Positions 23,358 to 35,095 of a stretch of DNA of 39,198 nucleotides are shown piece after piece. The notes beneath the pieces are model-generated. The model saw nothing but the letters and a program-made list of their open reading frames with translations, ran no database searches and had not been told where the DNA came from. The DNA is taken from positions 1-39,198 of the forward strand of contig JBEGOT010000046.1 in the NCBI GenBank assembly GCA_041181865.1. Direction: 5' to 3'. Numbering within the stretch: position 1 is the stretch's first letter; every line of letters starts with the position of its first letter. The stretch is from Actinomycetota bacterium (lineage in GTDB: Bacteria > Actinomycetota > Actinomycetes > S36-B12 > UBA5976). A program made the position numbers and the translations under genes.

Positions 23358-24676
23358 TGTCAGATACTTACGCCCCTTCATACGAGACAACAACTGGTCG
23401 TGTTTACACAGTTCAAGGTCAAGACTGGGACACAATCCAAGGTGCAGCTGAAGGTGAATCCGAACGCTTAATTGTGAACATGGGTCCGCAGCATCCATCT
23501 ACGCATGGTGTGCTTCGACTAATTCTTGAAATTGAAGGCGAATCAGTAACTGAAGCTCGTTGCGGTATTGGTTATCTACACACCGGTATCGAAAAAAACA
23601 TTGAATACCGTTCTTGGACTCAAGGTGTTACCTATGTAACCCGAATGGACTACTTGTCACCGTTTTTCAACGAAACTGCTTATTGCTTGGGCGTTGAAAA
23701 ACTTTTAGGTATTACTGACCAAATTCCAGAGCGTGCTTCTGTGATTCGCGTAATGATGATGGAACTTAACCGCATCTCTTCACACCTGGTTGCTCTTGCA
23801 ACTGGCGGCATGGAACTTGGCGCATTAACTGCGATGATCTTTGGTTTCCGCGAACGCGAATCCGTTTTGGATATTTTCGAAATGGTCAGTGGTTTGCGTA
23901 TGAACAGCGCATACATTCGCCCAGGCGGCGTGGCGCAAGATCTTCCTCCGGGTGCTGTTGAAAAGATTCGCGAAATTATCGATACGTTCCCTCGTCGATT
24001 CAAAGACACCTCAGACATGCTTGTTGGTAACTCAATTTGGATGGGCCGAACAGACGGTGTTGGCGTGCTAGATCTTGCCGGATGTATGGCACTAGGCGTA
24101 ACAGGTCCAGTACTACGTGCAACTGGTCTGCCGCAAGACCTACGTAAAACAGATCCTTACTGCGGATATGAAAATTACGAATTTAATGTCATCACTAAAG
24201 ACACTTCAGATGCATATGGACGTTTCTTAATTCGTCTAGAAGAAATGCGCGAATCGTTAAAGATTGTTGAACAGTGCCTAGATCGTTTGAAGCCAGGACC
24301 TGTAATGGTTGAGGACAAGCGCATTGCTTGGCCAGCTCAACTTGCAATTGGGTCAGATGGTCAAGGTAATTCTCTTGATCACATTCGTCGCATCATGGGT
24401 GAATCGATGGAATCTTTGATTCATCACTTCAAGTTGGTAACAGAAGGTTTCCAAGTCCCAGCCGGTCAGGTTTACAGCGCAGTTGAATCACCTCGTGGCG
24501 AACTAGGCGTACACATTGTTTCAGATGGCGGCACCCGTCCTTATCGAGTTCATTTCCGTGATCCTTCGTTTACGAACTTGCAAGCTGTCGCTGCAATGTG
24601 TGAAGGCGGCCAGATTGCTGATGTGATCGCAGCAGTTGCATCAATCGACCCTGTGATGGGTGGAGTTGATCGCTAA
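23357..24676 (+). CDS. nuoD: NADH-quinone oxidoreductase subunit D
   Basis: It carries [15 protein letters not shown] and GYLHTGIEK, with the C-terminal GGVDR. Confidence 0.96.
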
Positions 24677-25320
24677 TGACATTTACTGAAGAAACTCGCG
24701 TAAAAGCTCGTGAAATTATCGCGCGCTACCCAATGTCTCGTTCAGCATTACTTCCTATGTTGCACTTAGTGCAATCAGAAGAAGGATTTGTTAGTGCTGA
24801 TGGAATTGCACTTTGTGCAGAAGAACTTGGTTTAACAACTGCTGAAGTTGCTGCAGTTGCAACTTTTTACACCATGTATCACCGCAAGCCAGTTGGCGAA
24901 TATCACATTGGTGTTTGCATTAACCCAGGCTGTGGAATTCTTGGTGGCGATGCAATCTGGTCAACACTTTGCAATCGCCTTGGTATCGGAAATGATGAAG
25001 TAACTGAAGATGGCAAAATTTCACTCGAACGCATTGAATGCCAGGCAGCTTGCACCCATGCACCAGTTATGACAGCTAACTGGGAATTTCTAGACAACAT
25101 GACTCCAGAATCTGCCGTTGATGTTGTTGAAAAACTGAAGAGTGGCCAGGAAGTAATGAGTACTCGCGGTCCACGTATTCGCTCATTTAAAGAAAACGAA
25201 GCAACGCTTGCTGGTTTTGATGATGGCTTAGTTGATGCTGGTGTCAATGCAGATGAATCAATGCTTGCTGGACTAAAGCGCGCTAAAGAACTTGGCATGA
25301 GCGCACCGGAGGCAAAATAA
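24676..25320 (+). CDS. nuoE: NADH-quinone oxidoreductase subunit E
   Basis: It carries LLPMLHLVQ and the 2Fe-2S ligand pattern CINPGC (Cx4C) plus CQAAC (Cx3C). Confidence 0.94.
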   Translation: MTFTEETRVKAREIIARYPMSRSALLPMLHLVQSEEGFVSADGIALCAEELGLTTAEVAAVATFYTMYHRKPVGEYHIGVCINPGCGILGGDAIWSTLCNRLGIGNDEVTEDGKISLERIECQAACTHAPVMTANWEFLDNMTPESAVDVVEKLKSGQEVMSTRGPRIRSFKENEATLAGFDDGLVDAGVNADESMLAGLKRAKELGMSAPEAK

Positions 25321-26636
25321 TGGCGATTGCTCAAGGTTCACTAACACCTGTTCTAAGTGCCCATTGGGATGAAGCCGATTCATACACAATCGGTGCTTAT
25401 ATGCGCCATGGCGGTTACACCGCATTTAAAAAAGCTTTCCAACAAGGTCCAGATCAAATAATCACAACCGTTAAAGATTCTGGTCTTCGCGGTCGCGGTG
25501 GTGCCGGTTTCCCAACTGGTTTGAAGTGGTCATTTGTGCCACAAGGGGATGGAAAGCCACATTACTTAGTCGTTAATGCTGACGAATCTGAACCAGGTGC
25601 ATGCAAAGACATTCCACTAATGCTGGCTAATCCACATGCATTGATCGAAGGCATCATTATCGCCTCGTTTGCAATGCGCGCAAACCATGCATTCATTTAT
25701 TTACGTGGAGAAGTGCCACACGTTTTCCGTCGCGTTAACAATGCGATTCGCGAGGCTTACCAAGCTGGTTACCTAGGCAAAAACATTATGGGATCAGGTT
25801 TTGATCTTGAAGTTGTTTTGCACGCAGGTGCCGGTGCTTACATTTGCGGTGAAGAAACTGCACTACTTGATTCACTTGAAGGTCGCCGCGGTCAACCAAG
25901 ACTTAAGCCACCATTCCCAGCTGTTGCAGGTCTTTACGCTTCACCATCATGTGTGAACAATGTTGAAACCATTGCAAATATTCCTTACATCGTTAATAAC
26001 GGTGTTGATTGGTTTAGATCATTTGGTACCGAAAAGTCACCAGGCTTCAAACTTTTCGCAGTTTCAGGTCACGTCAATCGTCCAGGTATTTATGAAGCAC
26101 CACTTGGCATCACCATGCGAGAACTTCTTGAACATGCAGGTGGTGTTCGCAATGGACACAAAGTTAAATTCTGGTTGCCAGGTGGATCTTCAGTTCCAAT
26201 GTTGACTCCAGAACATTTAGATACACCAATGACTTACGAAGCGATTTCTGAAGCTGGTTCAATGCTTGGTACTGGTACACCTATGGTTTTCGATGAAACA
26301 ACTTCTGTTGTTCGCGCAGTAACCGGTTGGCTTGCTTTCTACAAACATGAATCTTGCGGTAAGTGCACACCTTGTCGCGAAGGCACTTACTGGATTAGCG
26401 ATGTTTTGCATCGGTTTGAAGAAGGTCATGGCACTGAAGATGATATCGATAAGTTAGTTGAAATTTGTCAGCAGATTTCGGGTCGTTCATTCTGTGCCCT
26501 TGGTGATGCTGCATCGACACCTTTTCCAGCAGCACTTAAGTACTTCAGAGATGAATTTTTACAAGCAACTCGCACACCAGCGAATGAAACTTATAGCCCA
26601 GAAAAAGCAACTGTATTTGCAGGGGTGGCGCGATGA
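25320..26636 (+). CDS. nuoF: NADH-quinone oxidoreductase subunit F
   Basis: The FMN/NADH site is GRGGAGFPTGLKW and the N3 cluster motif is ESCGKCTPCREG. Confidence 0.96.
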   Translation: MAIAQGSLTPVLSAHWDEADSYTIGAYMRHGGYTAFKKAFQQGPDQIITTVKDSGLRGRGGAGFPTGLKWSFVPQGDGKPHYLVVNADESEPGACKDIPLMLANPHALIEGIIIASFAMRANHAFIYLRGEVPHVFRRVNNAIREAYQAGYLGKNIMGSGFDLEVVLHAGAGAYICGEETALLDSLEGRRGQPRLKPPFPAVAGLYASPSCVNNVETIANIPYIVNNGVDWFRSFGTEKSPGFKLFAVSGHVNRPGIYEAPLGITMRELLEHAGGVRNGHKVKFWLPGGSSVPMLTPEHLDTPMTYEAISEAGSMLGTGTPMVFDETTSVVRAVTGWLAFYKHESCGKCTPCREGTYWISDVLHRFEEGHGTEDDIDKLVEICQQISGRSFCALGDAASTPFPAALKYFRDEFLQATRTPANETYSPEKATVFAGVAR

Positions 26637-28852
26637 CCGTAACCACTCAAACTGTGAACGTGACTGTTGATGGCGTAACCGTTGAAGTTCCAGCTGGCAC
26701 ATTAATAATTCGTGTTGCTGAAATGCTTGGCACTGCAATTCCGCGTTTCTGTGATCATCCACTTCTTGATCCAGTTGCTGCATGCCGTGCATGTTTAGTT
26801 GAAATTGAAGGCCAAGGAAAACCACAACCAGCTTGTGCGATTCCGGTTACTGAAGGCATGGTTGTAAAAACCCAGCATTCAAGTGAAATGGCAAGCAAGG
26901 CCCAAGCCGGGGTAATGGAGTTTCTCCTTATTAATCACCCGCTCGATTGTCCGATTTGTGACAAAGGTGGTGAATGTCCGCTTCAAAACCAGGCAATGAC
27001 CGCAGGTCGCGCTGAAACTCGTTTCAGTGGAACAAAGCGCACATTCCCTAAGCCAATCAACGTTTCAGCTCAAGTACTTCTTGATCGCGAACGGTGCGTA
27101 TCTTGTGCTCGTTGCACAAGGTTTGCCGAACAAATTGCTGGCGATCCATTCATCGCATTGCTTGAACGCGGTGCAAAGCAACAAGTTGGTACATCAAGTG
27201 ATCAACCATTTGATTCTTACTTCTCAGGTAACACAATTCAGATTTGTCCGGTTGGCGCATTAACTAGCGCTAAGTACCGTTTCCGTTCACGCCCATTTGA
27301 TTTGATTTCAGCTCCAACTGCATGTGAACACTGTGCAAGTGGTTGCGCACTTCGTACCGATGTACGTCGTGGTCAAGTTATGCGTCGTTTAGCCTGGGAT
27401 GCACCAGAAGTTAACGAAGAGTGGAACTGTGACAAGGGTCGTTTTGCTTTCCCATACTCAAACGAAGGTCGAATCTCTTCTCCTCTGGTTCGCGATGCAT
27501 CTGGCAGTCTTGTTGCGGCATCTTGGCCAGAAGCAATACGTGTTGCCGCTAAGGGCTTAAAGAGTGCTGTTAGCAACACAGGTGTTCTTACCGGTGGTCG
27601 CTTAACCGTTGAAGATGCAAAAGCCTATGCATCATTTGCTCGCGAAGTACTTGGCACAAACGATGTTGACTTCCGCGCACGCGCAGTTAGTGATGAAGAA
27701 ACAGCGTTCTTGGCAAGTCATGTTGCAGGTAAAGGCCTAGGAGTTACCTACGGTGACCTTGAATCAGCATCATCAGTACTGCTTGTTTCACTTGAACCTG
27801 AAGATGAATCACCAATAGTTTTCTTGCGTCTACGCAAAGCTGCTCTAAAACGCGGTGCAAAAGTAAGTGCAATCGCGCCGTATATGACTGCAGGTCTTGC
27901 AAAGATGAAAACCAATTTGATCGCAGCTGGACCTCGCGATGAAGTTGCAGCCGTAAAGAGTGCATCAAGCAGTGTTGATGGAAATGGCGTGATTTTGGTT
28001 GGCGAGCGTGCAGCTAGCACACCTGGCTTACTAACTGCAGTCGTTGAACTTGCGAATTCAACCGGTGCAAAACTTGCTTGGGTTCCACGTCGCGCTGGTG
28101 ATCGTGGCGCAGTTGATGCAGGCCTTCTTCCAATTGGAGGTCGAAATACTGCTGCAATTCTTAATGAAGCAGGCAAGAGCGTTAAGGCACTACTAATTGC
28201 AGGTGTTTCTGCAGATGACATCGATGGTGATTTAGTCGGTGCAGTTAAGCGTGCTGGCTTTGTGGTTTCACTTGAAACTCGCCACACAGACGTAACTGCA
28301 AATGCAGATGTTGTGCTTCCGGTATCAGTTGTTGCTGAAAAACGTGGAACATTTAGAAACTGGGAAGGCCGTGATCGCTCATTCGAAGCTGTTCTTGGCG
28401 CGCCAGGATTACTAAGTGATGCGCAAATTCTTGGCGAACTTGCAGCCGAACTTGGAAAGTCACTTTCTGAAAATGATTTCTGGTCATCAGCTAATCGCCC
28501 AGCATTAAGTGCAGGAATTGCAGATCAATCACCTATCGGTAGCGGACAAGCTGTACTTAGCTCTTGGAAGCACCTATTAGATAAGGGAACACTTCAAGAA
28601 GGCGAACCTTATTTATCGGCAACTGCACGTGTAGCCGTTGTTCGGGTCAGCCCATCAACTGCTCAAAGTTTGAATTTAGTTGATGGCGGTATCGCAACTG
28701 TTTCATGTTGTGGCAAGGAAGCTGTTGCGCCAGTGATTGTTACTGGCGGAATGGCAGACGGTGTTGTTTGGGTTCCAGCAAATAGTGAAGGTGCCTCACT
28801 TAACTTGCCTTCAGGATGTGTTGTTGATGTTCGCGCTGGGGGACAAGCATGA
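26633..28852 (+). CDS. nuoG: NADH-quinone oxidoreductase subunit G
   Basis: The N-terminal Fe-S motifs are CDHP...[25 protein letters not shown] and [10 protein letters not shown]. They are followed by a molybdopterin-oxidoreductase-like domain. Confidence 0.95.
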   Translation: MTVTTQTVNVTVDGVTVEVPAGTLIIRVAEMLGTAIPRFCDHPLLDPVAACRACLVEIEGQGKPQPACAIPVTEGMVVKTQHSSEMASKAQAGVMEFLLINHPLDCPICDKGGECPLQNQAMTAGRAETRFSGTKRTFPKPINVSAQVLLDRERCVSCARCTRFAEQIAGDPFIALLERGAKQQVGTSSDQPFDSYFSGNTIQICPVGALTSAKYRFRSRPFDLISAPTACEHCASGCALRTDVRRGQVMRRLAWDAPEVNEEWNCDKGRFAFPYSNEGRISSPLVRDASGSLVAASWPEAIRVAAKGLKSAVSNTGVLTGGRLTVEDAKAYASFAREVLGTNDVDFRARAVSDEETAFLASHVAGKGLGVTYGDLESASSVLLVSLEPEDESPIVFLRLRKAALKRGAKVSAIAPYMTAGLAKMKTNLIAAGPRDEVAAVKSASSSVDGNGVILVGERAASTPGLLTAVVELANSTGAKLAWVPRRAGDRGAVDAGLLPIGGRNTAAILNEAGKSVKALLIAGVSADDIDGDLVGAVKRAGFVVSLETRHTDVTANADVVLPVSVVAEKRGTFRNWEGRDRSFEAVLGAPGLLSDAQILGELAAELGKSLSENDFWSSANRPALSAGIADQSPIGSGQAVLSSWKHLLDKGTLQEGEPYLSATARVAVVRVSPSTAQSLNLVDGGIATVSCCGKEAVAPVIVTGGMADGVVWVPANSEGASLNLPSGCVVDVRAGGQA

Positions 28853-30153
28853 AGTTTGCAGATAATTTAACTGAAGCGGTTTTCGGTAACGATCCAGGTT
28901 TGGTTATTGCCGTTAAAGTTCTTGGCATTTTCGCAATCATGGTGCTGATGACTTTGCTAACTATTTGGGCAGAGCGTCGAGTTGTCGGTCGCATGCAGAT
29001 GCGCATCGGTCCAAACCGCGTAGGCCCATTTGGCTTATTGCAATCACTTATGGATGGCGTGAAGTTAGCGCTTAAGGAAGAAATTATTCCTAAAGGTGTT
29101 CATTTAGCTGTATATATTCTTGCGCCAGTTATTTCAGCAACTACTGCATTTTTAACTTTTGCAGTTATTCCATTTGGTCCAGAAGTAAGTATTTTTGGTC
29201 ATCGTACTTTCTTGCAGCTAACTGATTTCCCAGTTTCAGTACTTTATGTATTAGCGATTGCTTCGGTTGGTATTTACGGAATTGTACTTTCTGGTTGGGC
29301 TTCAAATTCAACTTACCCATTACTTGGTGGACTTCGTTCAAGTGCGCAGATGATCAGCTATGAAATCGCAATGGGTCTTTCTTTCGTTGCTGTTTTCTTA
29401 TACGCATCATCAATGTCAACTTCTCAAATCGTTAACGCCCAGGAAAACACTTGGTACATAGTCACACTGCTTCCATCTTTTGTAATTTATGTAATTGCAA
29501 TGGTTGGGGAAACTAACCGTGCGCCTTTTGACTTACCTGAAGCCGAAGGTGAACTTGTTGGTGGTTTCCACACTGAGTATTCATCACTTAAGTTCGCACT
29601 TTTCTTCCTAGCTGAATACGTAAACATGGTCACTGTTGCAGCAATGGCAACCACATTGTTCCTAGGTGGTTGGCGTGCTCCGTATCCAATTTCACTTTGG
29701 GAACAAGCAAACACTGGCTGGTGGCCAATGCTTTGGTTCTTTGGCAAGTTATTTGCGTTCATCTTCGTATTTATCTGGCTACGCGGAACGCTTCCACGTT
29801 TGCGTTACGACCAGTTCATGCAATTTGGCTGGAAAGTATTAATTCCAGTTTCAATTGCTTGGGTGCTGATCGTTTCAACTGCTCGTTACCTTCGCAGCGC
29901 CGGATCTGTTGATACACAAACACTGCTATTTGTTGCTGGCGCGATTCTGGTTGTTGGCGTTGGTATTTCAACAATTTTGGAAAGCCGCGCCAAGAAAATT
30001 GCAGCGCTTGAAGAAAAGCGCGCGCAACTTGCATCTGAGCAACCATTTGATCCATTTGCTGGTGGGTTCCCGGTTCCACCAATGCCGGGTCAAAAAGCAA
30101 TTCCATCACGTCACAAAGCTTTGACTGTTACTTCGCAAGGGGAGGCACGCTAA
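28849..30153 (+). CDS. nuoH: NADH-quinone oxidoreductase subunit H
   Basis: It carries [25 protein letters not shown] and [20 protein letters not shown], plus an actinobacterial-style hydrophilic C-terminal tail. Confidence 0.95.
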   Translation: MKFADNLTEAVFGNDPGLVIAVKVLGIFAIMVLMTLLTIWAERRVVGRMQMRIGPNRVGPFGLLQSLMDGVKLALKEEIIPKGVHLAVYILAPVISATTAFLTFAVIPFGPEVSIFGHRTFLQLTDFPVSVLYVLAIASVGIYGIVLSGWASNSTYPLLGGLRSSAQMISYEIAMGLSFVAVFLYASSMSTSQIVNAQENTWYIVTLLPSFVIYVIAMVGETNRAPFDLPEAEGELVGGFHTEYSSLKFALFFLAEYVNMVTVAAMATTLFLGGWRAPYPISLWEQANTGWWPMLWFFGKLFAFIFVFIWLRGTLPRLRYDQFMQFGWKVLIPVSIAWVLIVSTARYLRSAGSVDTQTLLFVAGAILVVGVGISTILESRAKKIAALEEKRAQLASEQPFDPFAGGFPVPPMPGQKAIPSRHKALTVTSQGEAR

Positions 30154-30683
30154 TGCCATTGCCACAATTAGTGCGCGGTTTCGGTGTCACTTTCCGTTCG
30201 ATGTTCAAGAAAGTGACCACTGAACAGTACCCAGAGGAAGCTAGCAAGTTTCCTCCAAAGCCACGTTTCCACGGCCGCCACCAACTAAATCGTCATGCTG
30301 ACGGTTTAGAAAAGTGTGTTGGATGTGAACTGTGTGCTTGGGCTTGTCCAGCAGATGCAATTTATGTTGAAGGTGCTGACAACAACGAAGAAGAACGTTT
30401 CTCACCAGGAGAGCGTTACGGTCGGGTTTACCAGATCAACTATTTACGTTGTATTTTCTGCGGCCTATGCATTGAAGCTTGCCCTACTCGCGCTTTGACC
30501 ATGACAAACGAGTTTGAACTTGCTGATAACAAGCGCACAAAACTTATTTACGAAAAAGAAGATTTACTTGCACCGCTATTGCCAGGAATGGAACTTCCAC
30601 CACATGCAATGGCCGAAGGCGCAACTGAAACTGATTACTACCTAGGCAACATCAAGACACGCTCAGCAAAGGTTGATTCATAA
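30153..30683 (+). CDS. nuoI: NADH-quinone oxidoreductase subunit I
   Basis: Two ferredoxin-type motifs are present: [12 protein letters not shown] and [12 protein letters not shown]. Confidence 0.96.
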   Translation: MPLPQLVRGFGVTFRSMFKKVTTEQYPEEASKFPPKPRFHGRHQLNRHADGLEKCVGCELCAWACPADAIYVEGADNNEEERFSPGERYGRVYQINYLRCIFCGLCIEACPTRALTMTNEFELADNKRTKLIYEKEDLLAPLLPGMELPPHAMAEGATETDYYLGNIKTRSAKVDS

Positions 30684-31402
30684 TGAACGGTGAATCAATA
30701 GTCTTCTGGGTTACTGCAATCTCTTCAGTTGCAGGAGCAATTGGAATGATTGTTTCTCGTAAAGCTGTTCATAGTGCGCTTTGGGTTGCTTTTGCAATGA
30801 TCAATATCGCAATCCTTTATTTTTCACTTGAAGCTGTGTTCTTGGGTACAACGCAAATTGTTGTTTATACCGGCGCAGTAATGATGCTGTTCTTATTCGT
30901 TTTGATGATTGTTGGTGTTGATTCATCGGATTCACTTCTTGAAACCATCAAAGGCCAGCGCTTAGTCGCATCGCTATTCGGCGTTGCTTTCGGCGGACTT
31001 TTAATTGCTGGGATAACTGCAACGGGAAGTATTGCTGCGCGCGGACTAGCTGGCGCAAATAACTATTCTGGTGGAAACGTACAAAGTTTGGCCCAATTAA
31101 TTTTTGGTCGCTACCTTTTGGCGTTTGAAGTTACTTCAGCACTGCTAATTACAGCGGCACTTGGCGCAATGGTTTTGGCTCACCGTGAACGTGTTCACCC
31201 TCGCAAAACCCAGGCTGAACTGCAGCGCGAGCGCACACTTAGTGGTCACCCAACACCACTTCCAGCCCCTGGTGTTTTGGCAACAAATAACGCAGTTAAT
31301 GTTCCAGGTTTATTACCAGATGGTTCAGGTTCACAGGCATCACTACCAACGCCATTTAAATCAAATGACTCTGGCGACGTAGTTCGCAAAGAGGTGAACT
31401 AA
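30683..31402 (+). CDS. nuoJ: NADH-quinone oxidoreductase subunit J
   Basis: The call rests on its operon position and a 5-TM core ([16 protein letters not shown]) with a hydrophilic C-terminal tail. Confidence 0.9.
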   Translation: MNGESIVFWVTAISSVAGAIGMIVSRKAVHSALWVAFAMINIAILYFSLEAVFLGTTQIVVYTGAVMMLFLFVLMIVGVDSSDSLLETIKGQRLVASLFGVAFGGLLIAGITATGSIAARGLAGANNYSGGNVQSLAQLIFGRYLLAFEVTSALLITAALGAMVLAHRERVHPRKTQAELQRERTLSGHPTPLPAPGVLATNNAVNVPGLLPDGSGSQASLPTPFKSNDSGDVVRKEVN

Positions 31403-31701
31403 TGAACGCTGCTAATTATTTAGTTCTTGCTGGAATTTTGTTCACCATTGGTGCATTCGGCGTTCTAGTTCGCCGAAATGCAATCATCGTTTTCATGAGC
31501 GTTGAAATGATGTTAAATGCAGCCAACTTAGCGTTTGTGGCCGCAGCTCGAATTAATGCAACTTTAGATGGTCAAGTAGCGGCATTCTTTGTGATGGTTG
31601 TTGCCGCAGCTGAAGTTGTAGTTGGCCTAGCAATCATCGTGACAATTTTCCGTACCCGTAAATCAGCTTCGATCGATGAAGCAAGTCTGCTGAAGTATTA
31701 G
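31402..31701 (+). CDS. nuoK: NADH-quinone oxidoreductase subunit K
   Basis: A 99-aa 3-TM protein with [16 protein letters not shown] and [10 protein letters not shown]. Confidence 0.94.
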   Translation: MNAANYLVLAGILFTIGAFGVLVRRNAIIVFMSVEMMLNAANLAFVAAARINATLDGQVAAFFVMVVAAAEVVVGLAIIVTIFRTRKSASIDEASLLKY

Positions 31702-31712
31702 AGGTTTTTGAA

Positions 31713-33572
31713 ATGATTTCCGCTTTAATCGGGTTGCCACTGGCTGGCGCAACTATTTTGTTGCTCGGTGGTCGTCGCACTAATGCTTGGGGACACTACC
31801 TGGCTGTTTTGATGTCAGCTTCTTCATTTTTTGTCGGCGTTAGTTTATTTTCTAAAATGCTTGGCCTTGAAGGTGAAGAGCGCGCGTTGCACCAGCATTT
31901 ATTTGACTGGATTGCAGTTGGAACATTTAACGTTCCATTTGCACTGCACTTAGATCAACTTTCCATTGCATTTGTGCTTTTGATTACTGGCGTTGGCACA
32001 CTTATCCACGTTTACTCAATCGGTTACATGGAACATGATGAGAATCGTCGCAAGTTCTTTGCCTACCTAAACCTTTTCGTTGCAGCGATGTTGCTTTTGG
32101 TTCTAGCTAACAACTACTTACTTCTATATGTTGGCTGGGAAGGTGTGGGCCTTGCTTCATACCTATTAATTAGCTTCTGGCAACACAAGCCATCAGCAGC
32201 TGTTGCTGGTAAAAAAGCATTCGTAGTTAACCGCGTTGGTGATGTTGGTCTATCAATTGCAGTTATGTTGATGTTCGTCACTTTTGGATCAGTAACTTTT
32301 GAAGGAGTTGCAGAAGCTGCCACCAAAGCTGATCAACAAACAGTTACTTGGATTGGCTTAGCTTTATTACTAGCTGCTTGCGGTAAGAGTGCTCAATTCC
32401 CATTGCAATCTTGGTTATTAGATGCGATGGAAGGCCCAACACCGGTTTCAGCACTTATTCACGCGGCAACTATGGTCACCGCAGGTGTCTACTTAATTGT
32501 TCGAGCACATGCAATTTTCGATTTATCTGAAACTGCCAGAACCGCAGTTGTGGTAATCGGTGCAATCACCCTGTTACTAGGTGCCTACATCGGTACTGCA
32601 AAAGATGACATCAAAAAGGGTCTCGCTGGCTCAACAATGAGCCAAATTGGCTACATGATCTTGGCTGCTGGCCTTGGTCCTGTTGGTTATGTTTTTGCGA
32701 TTTTCCACTTACTAACTCACGGTATGTTCAAAGCTGGTTTGTTCCTTGGTGCAGGATCAGTAATGCATGGCATGCACGACGATGTAAACATGCGTCACTA
32801 TGGAGCTCTCCGTGGTTTTATGAAGGTTACTTATGTAACTTTCGGTCTTGGTTTCCTTGCAATTATTGGTATCCCACCATTTGCAGGATTCTGGTCAAAA
32901 GATGAAATTATTCACGCAGCATTCGGTCAAAGCACAGTCATCGGTTTGGCAACATTAATCGGTGCAGGCGTTACCGCTTTCTACATGACTCGAATGATGA
33001 CGATGACATTCTTTGGTGAAGCCCGTTGGGAAGACGGTGTACACCCACATGAATCAAGCAACGTAATGACAATTCCAATGATCGTTTTAGCATTTGGTTC
33101 AGTATTTGGTGGCCTACTCATGCTCTTTGTTGGCGACATTGAACACTGGTTGGAACCAGTTGTTGGTTTTGCAAAGCCTGAACATCATGTTTCAAATACG
33201 ACATTGATTCCAATAACTCTTGCAGTTGTACTTGCTGGTGCTAGCTATGCCTGGTTTAAGTACGGCAGACGTCCTGTTCCAGTTGTTGCACCAACTGAAG
33301 TAAGCCTTTTAACTCGCGCAGCCCGAGCTGATGCTTACGGCGACGCACTTAACGAAGCAGTATTTATGCGCCCTGGTCAGCACCTAACCCGCTCATTAAC
33401 TTTCTTTGATGCTAAAGGCATTGATGGCGTGGTTAATGGATTGGCCGCTGGAATCGGCGGACTTTCGGCCCGTACTCGCAAAACTCAAACAGGCTATGCA
33501 CGTAATTACGCTGCATACATGCTTGGCGGCGCAGCTTTGATTGCATTCATTCTTTACTTAGTGAGGCTTTAA
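31713..33572 (+). CDS. nuoL: NADH-quinone oxidoreductase subunit L
   Basis: A 619-aa antiporter-like subunit with [13 protein letters not shown], and with a C-terminal extension consistent with the lateral helix. A GAGG SD lies upstream. Confidence 0.95.
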   Translation: MISALIGLPLAGATILLLGGRRTNAWGHYLAVLMSASSFFVGVSLFSKMLGLEGEERALHQHLFDWIAVGTFNVPFALHLDQLSIAFVLLITGVGTLIHVYSIGYMEHDENRRKFFAYLNLFVAAMLLLVLANNYLLLYVGWEGVGLASYLLISFWQHKPSAAVAGKKAFVVNRVGDVGLSIAVMLMFVTFGSVTFEGVAEAATKADQQTVTWIGLALLLAACGKSAQFPLQSWLLDAMEGPTPVSALIHAATMVTAGVYLIVRAHAIFDLSETARTAVVVIGAITLLLGAYIGTAKDDIKKGLAGSTMSQIGYMILAAGLGPVGYVFAIFHLLTHGMFKAGLFLGAGSVMHGMHDDVNMRHYGALRGFMKVTYVTFGLGFLAIIGIPPFAGFWSKDEIIHAAFGQSTVIGLATLIGAGVTAFYMTRMMTMTFFGEARWEDGVHPHESSNVMTIPMIVLAFGSVFGGLLMLFVGDIEHWLEPVVGFAKPEHHVSNTTLIPITLAVVLAGASYAWFKYGRRPVPVVAPTEVSLLTRAARADAYGDALNEAVFMRPGQHLTRSLTFFDAKGIDGVVNGLAAGIGGLSARTRKTQTGYARNYAAYMLGGAALIAFILYLVRL

Positions 33573-33574
33573 TT

Positions 33575-35095
33575 ATGTTGTTAACCAACTTGATGGCCCT
33601 GCCTCTAATCGGCGCAGCAGTAGTTTTCGCACTTCCAATTGGTCGTGAATTGCTAGCTAAGCAAATCGCCCTTGTGGTTTCGCTTGCAACAGCTTTTGGA
33701 GCAATTTATTTAGGGCTAAACATGAGCACCACCGATGGTGGCTTGCAATACGTCGAAAGCTACCAATGGATTCCAGCATTTGGAATCAACTGGTCAGTTG
33801 GCGTCGATGGTATTTCTGCAGTGTTAATTGTGATGGCCACAATTTTGGTTCCACTAGTAATGATTGCTGGTTGGAACGATGTTGAAAACATCGGCCAGGG
33901 AACGGTTAAGGGTTACTTTTCTTTATTCCTAGTTCTAGAAACCTTTATGGTTGGCGTTTTTGCGGCAACTGATTTGTTCCTGTTCTATGTGTTTTTCGAA
34001 GCAATGTTGATTCCGGTTTATTTCTTAATCGGACGCTTTGGTGGTCCGCAACGCGCGTATGCAGCAATGAAGTTCCTGCTCTACTCGCTTGTTGGTGGGT
34101 TATTTATGCTGGCTTCACTAATCGGTTTGTATGTAGCATCTGGCAAAGAACTTGGCAACGGAACTTTTGATTTCACCGCGCTTGCTGGTCTAAACATGGA
34201 TCCAGCAACTCAGAAGATTTTGTTCCTAGGTTTCTTCTTCGCTTTTGCCGTTAAAGCACCGATGGTTCCGTTCCACACTTGGTTACCTGACGCAGCTGCT
34301 CAAGCAACGCCGGCCACTTCAACTTTGCTTGTTGGTGTGCTGGATAAAGTTGGCACGTTTGGAATGATCCGTTACCTGCTACCAATATTCCCGGACGCAA
34401 GTAAGTACTACGCACCTGTGATTATTGTGCTGGCTGTCATCAGTATTTTCTATGGAGCTTTGCTTGCAATTGGTCAGACAGATTTACTTCGCTTAGTTGC
34501 ATTCTCATCTGTTTCACACTTTGGCTTTATTGTGATGGGTATTTTCGTAATGACTTCACAAGGTTTAAGTGGATCAAGTTTGTACATGGTTAACCATGGC
34601 TTCTCAACTGGCGCATTATTCATAGTGGTTGGTTTCTTGATGACTCGTCGTGGCTCTAAGTACATTGCTGACTTTGGTGGCGTAAATAAAGTTGCGCCAG
34701 TTCTGGCTGGTGTGGTTTTACTCGCAGGTCTTTCTTCACTTGCACTTCCTGGTATGTCAAGCTTCGTTTCAGAATTTTTAGTTCTTGTTGGCACTTTTGC
34801 CTACAGTAAAACAACTGCAGTGATTGCAACATTTGGCATCGTCTTGGCCGCTGTTTACATTCTTTGGATGTACCAGCGCACCATGACTGGCGAGCCTTCA
34901 AATGAAGTAAAAGAAACTGTAAAAGAAATCAGTGCTCGTGAATTAGCAGCCGTTACACCGCTAATTGCTCTGATCATCGCGCTAGGTTTTGTTCCTCAAG
35001 TTGCATTAAACATAATTAATCCGGCAGTTGAACAAGTGCAGCAGTATGTCGATGTTCAAGATGAGCCAGCAGCAGTCGAAGGAGCAAAAGCATAA
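33575..35095 (+). CDS. nuoM: NADH-quinone oxidoreductase subunit M
   Basis: A 506-aa antiporter-like subunit with FYVFFEAMLIPVYFLIG and KAPMVPFHTWLPDA. Confidence 0.95.
   Translation: MLLTNLMALPLIGAAVVFALPIGRELLAKQIALVVSLATAFGAIYLGLNMSTTDGGLQYVESYQWIPAFGINWSVGVDGISAVLIVMATILVPLVMIAGWNDVENIGQGTVKGYFSLFLVLETFMVGVFAATDLFLFYVFFEAMLIPVYFLIGRFGGPQRAYAAMKFLLYSLVGGLFMLASLIGLYVASGKELGNGTFDFTALAGLNMDPATQKILFLGFFFAFAVKAPMVPFHTWLPDAAAQATPATSTLLVGVLDKVGTFGMIRYLLPIFPDASKYYAPVIIVLAVISIFYGALLAIGQTDLLRLVAFSSVSHFGFIVMGIFVMTSQGLSGSSLYMVNHGFSTGALFIVVGFLMTRRGSKYIADFGGVNKVAPVLAGVVLLAGLSSLALPGMSSFVSEFLVLVGTFAYSKTTAVIATFGIVLAAVYILWMYQRTMTGEPSNEVKETVKEISARELAAVTPLIALIIALGFVPQVALNIINPAVEQVQQYVDVQDEPAAVEGAKA

Noticed and set aside
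27748-28287. Long antisense ORFs inside well-supported genes: 179 aa opposite nuoG, plus 1930-2391(-), 3052-3528(-), 9944-10405(+), 24903-25334(-), 7232-7630(-) and 23680-24018(-).
   Set aside because: All lie fully within strongly supported genes on the other strand. They translate to low-complexity Ala/Ser/Thr/Arg/Pro-rich sequence and have no start-site signals. They are typical shadow ORFs.
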